Below are positions 18,301-24,252 of a DNA stretch of 24,252 nt, one piece after another. Below the pieces are notes generated by a model. The model was not told where the DNA came from. It made no database searches and saw only the letters and a program-made list of their open reading frames with translations. The stretch is from Fonticula alba ATCC 38817 (Eukaryota; Protista; Nucleariida). The translations under genes were made by a program, and so were the position numbers. Location of the stretch: the NCBI GenBank assembly GCA_000388065.2, contig KB932213.1. One strand, written 5' to 3'. Numbering within the stretch: position 1 is the stretch's first letter; each line of letters starts with the position of its first letter.

Positions 18301-20946
18301 GCCCCGGGCTTCGCCATCAGCCCGGACGGCCGGCAGTGCATCGCCTGCGCGGCCTCCTGCGCCACGTGCACCGGGCCGGCCGCCCAGCAGTGCACCTCGT
18401 GCACCGGCAGCCACTTCCTGCCGGGCGGCGTGCCCGGCGCCTGCCGGGCCTGTGACGTGGCGTGCGGCAAGTGCGTCGGCCCGGCGGCCTCGCAGTGCAT
18501 CGACTGCGCGGCCGGCTGGCTGCGGGCCCCGGCCGGCGAGTGTGTGCGCACCTGCCCCGAGGGCACCGGCCTCTCGGCCCCCGGGTCCGGGGTGTGCGCC
18601 GCGTGCGCCGATCCCGGCTGTGCCATGTGCCTCACGGCCGAGGCCGGGGCCATCTGCCAGGCCTGCCGCGAGGGCTTGCAGGTCGATGCCTCCGGCAAGC
18701 GGTGCCTGCAGTGCGATGTGTCCTGCGACACGTGCAGCGATGCCGGGCCGGCCGGGTGCCTGACCTGCGCGCCGGGGCGCCTGCTGCACGAGTCGGCCTG
18801 CGTGGCTGCCTGCCCGGCCGGGACCTTCGCCAGCGGGGCCCTGTGCGACCGGTGCTCCAGCCGGTGCGCCACCTGCAGCGGGCCCCTCTCCAGCGAGTGC
18901 CTCTCCTGCCCGGCCGGGTGGCTGCTGCAGCCGGACGGTGCCTGCCGGCCGGCCCCCTGCCCGACGTGCGTCTGCAATGACCCCGCCTGCGAGGCCTGCA
19001 GCCCGGCCAACCCGGATGAGTGTCTCCTGTGCGGGCCGGGGCTGCTGCTGCTGCTGCCGGGCGGCACATGCGCCAGTGCCTGCCCGCCCGGCATGTACAC
19101 CACCCCGAGCGGCGACGCCTGCCTGCCCTGCCACGCCTCCTGCGCCGAGTGCTCCTCCCACCGGTCCAGTGCCTGCACCGCCTGCCCGGGGGCGCATGTG
19201 CTGGACCGCGGCCACTGCCGGGAGGCCTGCCCGCGGCTGGGCTTCTTCCAGGAGGGCACCGCCTGCACGCCCTGCCACGGGTCGTGCCTGGCGTGCGCCG
19301 GGCCGGGCCCGGACCAGTGCGACCTCTGCCCCCGGACCCATGTGTCCCATGAGGCTCGCTGCTTGGATGCCTGCCCGCCGGGGACCACCCCCCTGGCCGG
19401 CGGGTGTACCCGGTGCGATGGGTCCTGCGCCCAGTGCGCCGGGCCGATGGCCGACCAGTGCACCGCCTGCCCGGCCCGGCCCGGGGCCGGCCTCTGGCAG
19501 GGGGCCTGCCCGGCCGGCTGCCCCTCCGGCACCTTCCCCGAGGCCGGGGCCTGCCTGCCCTGCGGGCCGCACTGCCTGGAGTGTGCCGGGCCGGCCGGCG
19601 TCCAGTGCACCCGGTGCCGGGGGGACCTGCTCCGGCACCCGGGGCACGGCTGTGTGGCGGCCTGCGGGCTGGGCTTCGCCCCGGTGGGGGCCCAGTGCAC
19701 GGCCTGCCAGCCGGAATGCCGGCACTGCGACCCGGCCCCCGGGCATTGTGTCCAGTGCCCGGAGGGGGCCCTCCTCGGGGCCACCCCCGGCACCTGTGTG
19801 GCCGCCTGCGCCGGGGCCCAATTCCCGGACCACACCTTCCCCCATGCGCCCCGGTGCGCCGACTGCCATGGCGATTGCGCCGCCTGCGAGCGGGGCCCCG
19901 GGCCGGAGGACTGCACCCTCTGCCGGGCCGGGGCCCTGCTCATGCCGGGGGCCGGGTGCGTGGCCGACTGCCCGGCCGGCTTCTTCGAGGGGCCGGACCC
20001 GCGGTCGGCCGGCGCCGGCCAGTGCGCCCCCTGCGCGGCCGGCTGCGCCGCCTGCACCGGGCCCGACCCGGGCGCCTGCACGCGCTGCCTCGATGGCCGG
20101 CTCCTGCTGTCGGGCGTGGGGGGCTGCCTGCCGGCCGGGGTGGACACCTGCCCGGGCGCCTGGCACACGGACGCCGCCGGGCGCCGGTGCCTGCCCTGCC
20201 CGCCGGGCTGCGCGCGGTGCGACGCCTCGCCGGACGACTGCCAGCAGTGCGGCCCCGGCTGGCGGTCCATCCGCCTGCTGGACCGCCAGCCCACGGACGC
20301 CAGCCCGGCCGGCTCCGGCCCGCGCACCTGCGTCGACGACTGCCCCGAGGGCTGGTTCGCCCCGGGGCCCAGCGCCGACGGGTGCTCCGCGTGCGACATG
20401 TCCTGCGCCGTGTGCCGCGGCCCGGGGCCGGATGGCTGCCTGGCCCCGGGGTGCGAGGGCCCCGGCTCCTGCCGCAACAGCCGTACGTGTCCCTTCGCCC
20501 CCCAAGGGGGGGGGGGGGGTCGTTTGTTGGGTTTAATGGCCGGGCCCTTGGCTCTTCTTTTCCTCCTCGCCCCCCGGCCCTGCCACTTGTTTGTCCGCGC
20601 CCTGACTCACCGGCTCCCCGGCAGGCGCGCTTGTCCTGCCCATCGCCCTGTCGCTGGGGCTGCTGCTCCTGCTGCTGGCGGCGCTGCTGGTCTTCTTCCT
20701 GCTCTATCGCCGCCGGCTCCGCCGCCATGCGGCGGCGGCCGCCGCCAAGGAGGCCCATGCCATCCCCCTGCGGCGCCTCGGCAACCCGGTGCGTGCCCGG
20801 CCCATCCTGCGGGGTTTTTTTTCCCCCCCGACTGCTCACCCCCCGTCGCACGCACACCACACCAGGAGGACCTGACCGTCATGAACACCATCATGGGTAC
20901 GACCGCCGCCGCGAGCCCGACACCGCCCCGGCACCTTGCCACTGAC

Positions 20947-20979
<33 letters not shown>

Positions 20980-22342
20980 NNNNNNNNNNNNNNNNNNNNN
21001 NNNNNNNNNNNNNNNNNNNNNNNNNNNNNNNNNNNNNNNNNNNNNNNNNNNNNNNNNNNNNNNNNNNNNNNNNNNNNNNNNNNNNNNNNNNNNNNNNNNN
21101 NNNNNNNNNNNNNNNNNNNNNNNNNNNNNNNNNNNNNNNNNNNNNNNNNNNNNNNNNNNNNNNNNNNNNNNNNNNNNNNNNNNNNNNNNNNNNNNNNNNN
21201 NNNNNNNNNNNNNNNNNNNNNNNNNNNNNNNNNNNNNNNNNNNNNNNNNNNNNNNNNNNNNNNNNNNNNNNNNNNNNNNNNNNNNNNNNNNNNNNNNNNN
21301 NNNNNNNNNNNNNNNNNNNNNNNNNNNNNNNNNNNNNNNNNNNNNNNNNNNNNNNNNNNNNNNNNNNNNNNNNNNNNNNNNNNNNNNNNNNNNNNNNNNN
21401 NNNNNNNNNNNNNNNNNNNNNNNNNNNNNNNNNNNNNNNNNNNNNNNNNNNNNNNNNNNNNNNNNNNNNNNNNNNNNNNNNNNNNNNNNNNNNNNNNNNN
21501 NNNNNNNNNNNNNNNNNNNNNNNNNNNNNNNNNNNNNNNNNNNNNNNNCCCCCCCCGCCCGCCTGCAGAGCCCGAGGCACCCACTGACCCCCGCCCCGGC
21601 GGACGCCGCTCGACCTAGCCGCCGGCGTGGCATTCATCCACGCGCGCGACATCGTCCACCGGGACATCAAGCCGGGCAATGTCTTTGTCCGGCCCGACCC
21701 GGGCAACCCCTCGCGCCTGCAGCCCGTCATCGGCGACTTCGGCGTGGCCCTCGTGCTCAGCCGGTTCAGCGTCATCCCCACCCTGGGCGATGTGCCGGCC
21801 GGCAGCGTGCCCTACGCCCCGCCGGAGACGCTGGCCCGGCTGCACGGCCTGCCCTTCCCCCTGGCCCCGGCGGACGGCCCCGTGCGCTGCCTCCTGTCGG
21901 TGGACGTCTTCTCGCTCGGTGTGCTGCTCTTCGGCCTGCTGGCCGCGCGCCAGCCGTGGCATGGTGCGGCCGGCCCCCCCTGGCCACCCTTCTCGGCGTT
22001 TGCCGTCCGGCCTTTTGCCACCGCCCACCTGCCCGCCTCCTCACCCCGCCCCTTTGCCACTTCCTCGTGTCCGCCCCCCCCGCCCCCGCCCCCCCACCAG
22101 GCATCCCGGCAGCGGGCATCGTGCGCGCGGTGCTCGCTGGCCAGCGCCCGGAGGCGGATCCCGCCACCGGGGCCCCGGAGCCCCTGTCGGCGGCCTTCGG
22201 CCCGGAGCCGGCCTGGCTCGAGCCCTTCCGCCAGGCCTACCGCCAGGCCTGGGCGCAGGACCCGCGCGCGCGGCCCTCCGCCGCCGCCCTGGCCGCCACC
22301 CTGGCCGACCTCGCGGCCGGGGCCGCCGCCACCTCCCCCTGA
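12340..22342 (+). CDS. Giant single-pass receptor Ser/Thr (TKL-like) kinase with FG-GAP and furin-like Cys-rich ectodomain; join(<12340-13847, 14132-20482, 20625-20788, 20866-20896, [gap], ~21619-21963, 22101-22342)
   Basis: Signal peptide HALLWVFLSLLGLLRACQA (12374-12430), DxDxDG motifs and CxxC repeats. Splicing at canonical sites restores a furin repeat (FRLAAD|DPCQACHPSC), a TM helix plus RRR, and kinase motifs HRDIKPGN, IGDFG, YAPPE, DVFSLG, PWHG|IPAAGIVRAVLAGQRP and DPRARPS. TGA stop at 22340-22342. Confidence 0.9.
13025..13633 (+). other. Three FG-GAP-type Ca-binding loops in ectodomain module 1
   Basis: DLDGDGQVD (13025), GDFDQDGLATD (13217), GDVDADGHLD (13604). Confidence 0.8.
13848..14131 (+). 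other. Intron 1 of the receptor kinase (284 nt, phase 1)
   Basis: GTGCGT donor and CCCAG acceptor; it contains an AT-rich repeat, and its removal joins the two long ORFs in frame. Confidence 0.85.
13953..14115. repeat. Intronic tandem duplication, ~78-85-bp unit with a variable (AT)n core
   Basis: CCCGCGCACTCATGCGTACATCTG(T/C)GCCTTCATGTGG..(AT)n..GTGCACACTGGCATGCATTTCGCC..GCCC twice (13953-14030, 14031-14115). Confidence 0.9.
15760..15828 (+). repeat. Coding 12-bp repeat (PAPD)x5+ inside Cys-rich linker 2
   Basis: CCGGCCCCCGAC units, with one PTPD variant. Confidence 0.9.
18187..20482 (+). other. About 16 tandem furin-like (FU/CxxC) Cys-rich repeats forming the stalk
   Basis: Repeating C-x2-C-x3-C-x2-C-x5-8-C-x2-C...C-x3-C pattern; 16 units counted by hand. 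Confidence 0.88.
20483..20624 (+). other. Intron 2 (142 nt, phase 1)
   Basis: GTACGT donor, CTGAC branch at 20602 and GCAG acceptor; splicing opens the TM frame. Confidence 0.85.
20625..20788 (+). CDS. Transmembrane exon of the receptor kinase
   Basis: ALVLPIALSLGLLLLLLAALLVFFLLY followed by RRRLRRH (positive-inside rule); GTGCGT donor at 20789. Confidence 0.88.
20789..20865 (+). other. Intron 3 (77 nt, phase 0)
   Basis: GTGCGT donor, GCTCAC branch and CCAG acceptor. Confidence 0.75.
20866..20896 (+). CDS. 31-nt juxtamembrane micro-exon (EDLTVMNTIM)
   Basis: Flanked by CAG and GTACGA; a downstream ACTGAC branch (20941) and poly-C lead into the gap. Confidence 0.6.
20980..21548. other. Assembly gap (569 N) hiding the kinase N-lobe
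   Basis: Gly-loop, VAIK and alphaC are absent from the visible sequence; subdomain VIa starts right after the gap. Confidence 0.9.
21619..21963 (+). CDS. Kinase exon, subdomains VIa-IX (5' boundary uncertain)
   Basis: AGVAFIHARDIVHRDIKPGNVFV...IGDFG...GSVPYAPPE...SVDVFSLGVLL...RQPWH; GTGCGG donor at 21964. Confidence 0.88.
21964..22100 (+). other. Last intron (137 nt, phase 1)
   Basis: GTGCGG donor, pyrimidine-rich body and CCAG acceptor; splicing restores PWHG-I...IVRAV.AGQRP. Confidence 0.85.
22101..22342 (+). CDS. Final kinase exon, subdomains X-XI
   Basis: GIPAAGIVRAVLAGQRPE...YRQAWAQDPRARPSAAALAATL...TGA. Confidence 0.85.
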
Positions 22343-23601
22343 CGCGCGGCTCCCCCCCCCCAACCCCCCCTGCACCCAATACCACACACTCTGATCTTTG
22401 TCCGCGGGCTCGTGTTTTTTTTTCTCCCCCCCCCCCCCCAAGACCGGGAGGGGGCGGGGAAAGCGGCTCGGCCCGGCGCGCGACAACCGGTGCAGGCCAC
22501 CGGCCATCCGGGGCGCCCTGGCGCCCGGCTGCTGGGCTCCCTCGCCAGCGGCCGGGCAGCGGGCCCCGGCGCGTGGCCACGGGCGCCGCCCCCTCCCCGG
22601 CGGCCAAGTCCCCGGCCCTGGGCCGATGGCCGCTGGCGGGTCCGCATGGCATCGCGGCCGGCGGGCCCTCCCGCTCGAGCCCCCCAGCCGCGCCGCCTGG
22701 CCGCTGGCACAAGTCTCGCCAGCTGCGGCGGCCCCATGCTCGGGCACATGCACCCCCCGGGCCCCGGCCCGAGCGGGCCCCGCGGTGGCTGCCAACGATG
22801 CTCCGGCAATCGGCGGACAGATGGCCGCAGCGGCGATCACCAGCCAGGGGCGGGCATGCGGCACAGGGGACCGCCCGCCGTTGCTGAGAGTGGCTCCGGC
22901 GGCGGCATCGTGCTGGCCAAGCCCCGGAGCCCAGGCGCGCGATCTGCCCGCAGAGGCGCCCCCTCGGCTGGCTCCCGCCCCCCGCCTTCGAGGACAGGCC
23001 GGTTCGGATGCCGTGCCGAGGGGCCGCTCCGCATGCTGTCCATATGGGCTGCATGACCCGCCGGGGAGGGCGGCACGCGGCCGCCGGCACCCCCGGGCCG
23101 GATGGCCGGCCAGCATGCAAGGGCTTCCACCGCCGGGACCCCCCCCCCCCCTGGTGGCACTGGTCGCCTGCCCTGCGAAGGCATTCCCACCGCGGGGACC
23201 GACCGCTGCGCACCGGCGCGCGGCTGGCCGCTGGTACCGGCCCCTCGGAGCGCGCTTCGTGATGCGCGCCGTGCCCAGGGCCGCAGGCGTCGGCCACTCG
23301 CCGGCGGGCGAAATGGCGGCGCTCGGCCCTTGCCAGCACCATCGGGCGAGTCCACCCGAGGGCTGTCGCACGCACGAAGGCACATGTGCCCAGGCATGCT
23401 GGCCGCCGCTCTTTGGCCATGCCGCGGCATCCGGCCGGCGGCGCCCACATTGCCGGGGCCCAAACGCGCCCGGGCGTCGCCGTCGCCAGCCTCGGCGCCC
23501 GGAGGCGAGGGACATGCTGGGAGAGGACGCCGCTCGCCGGCCGCGCCCCGGCCCTCGGTGTCCGCCGGGGGCCTGCATGCGGAGGCCGCACACCGGGGCG
23601 C

Positions 23602-23861
23602 CATACCCAGCACACATACCCAGCACTCATGCCCAGCAATCATGCCCAGCACACATACCCAGCACCCATACCCAGCACTCATACCCAGCACCCATACCCA
23701 GCACTCATGCCCAGCACTCATGCCCAGCACTCATGCCCAGCACTCATGTCCAGCACTCATGCCCGGCACTCATGCCCGGCACTCATGCCCGGCACTCATG
23801 TTCAGCACACATACCCAGCACTCATGCCCGGCACTCATGTCCAGCACACATACCCAGCACA
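23602..23861. repeat. 13-bp minisatellite, 20 copies, consensus CATRCCCAGCACW
   Basis: Units are in perfect 13-nt register with no indels; variants CATA/CATG, CCCAG/CCCGG/TCCAG and CACA/CACT/CACC. Confidence 0.97.
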
Positions 23862-24252
23862 CGGCCCGGACCCAGGGGCCCGGCCCCTGCAGCTACCCGG
23901 GACCATGTAGGCCCTTGCCATAGGGGCATCGCTCGTGTGGTGGCCTGCTTCGCCAGCGCCTCCCCCCCAGGCAGCCAGGCGACCGGGCAAGGTGCCCGAT
24001 GGCGGCCCGGTCCGCGGGCAGGCGAGCGGCCGGCGTGGGTCCCCGCGCGAGACGCGACGCGCGCCGTCGCGCCAACGGGGGGGATGCTTTGTCGGAGCCG
24101 CCATCCGGAAGCCCTCGCACGTCGCCGGGAGACGCTCAGGGAGGATGGCCCCAGGCGCGGCGAGCCTGGCACGATGCGCTGGCTCACCGTTCGACCTGCC
24201 CCCCCCCAGCACACCGATGTGTCGGCCCGGGCGGACGTGGACCCACACCGGG

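Noticed and set aside
19618-19626. RGD tripeptide in furin repeat 11
   Set aside because: A single RGD in ~3,000 R/G-rich residues is expected by chance, and it lacks the full RGDLxxL motif.
14200-20505. 2101-aa antisense ORF (also 11474-13945 and 5309-7903)
   Set aside because: The two kinase-antisense ORFs are in codon register with the sense gene, and all three are antisense to GC3-biased coding sequence. TTA/CTA/TCA codons are rare there, so the antisense frame lacks stops. The products are low-complexity G/A/R/P.
13984-21618. ORF-track 2544-aa protein starting MWIYIY
   Set aside because: The start lies in the intronic (AT)n repeat, and the ORF runs through introns 2-3 and the gap. Only 14132-20482 and 20866-20896 are genuine coding sequence in this frame.
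23602-23861. Minisatellite as a CRISPR array, telomere or coding repeat (ORFs 23102-23923, 23386-23910)
   Set aside because: There are no unique spacers, it is not a G-rich telomeric unit, and the 13-nt period cycles through reading frames, which argues against coding.
22343-24252. ORFs downstream of the kinase
   Set aside because: Low-complexity GC-driven ORFs with no motifs or consistent codon bias.

Overview
Very GC-rich (roughly 75% by eye) eukaryotic draft-assembly scaffold with six N-gaps and spliceosomal GT-AG introns (GTGCGT/GTACGT donors, CTGAC/CTCAC branch sites). Three genes are supported. (1) A giant (~3,000 aa) + strand single-pass receptor protein kinase at <12340-22342. It has a signal peptide, three FG-GAP/beta-propeller-like modules each followed by a Cys-rich linker, about 16 furin-like CxxC repeats, a TM helix and a Ser/Thr-type (TKL-like) kinase whose N-lobe lies in a gap. 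(2) An intronless, TATA-driven, secreted 265-aa protein with 14 Cys at 6671-7468 (+), which I cannot assign to a family. (3) A fragmented, spliced LMBR1-family (LMBRD2-like) membrane-protein gene on the - strand, with exons at 5684-5696, 5278-5417 and 5033-5159, which the ORF track misses. The 3332-5696 contig has clear assembly artefacts: two Illumina TruSeq adapter remnants each bridge an exact 143-149 bp duplication, and base calls appear corrupted. The window also holds a 20-copy 13-bp minisatellite (23602-23861), 71-bp and 78-bp tandem duplications and several microsatellites. The gene architecture resembles the aggregative amoeba Fonticula; this is inference, not verified. The most interesting hypothesis is a linked secreted-ligand/receptor-kinase (recognition) locus. 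All homology statements come from memory of family motifs; no database search was run.
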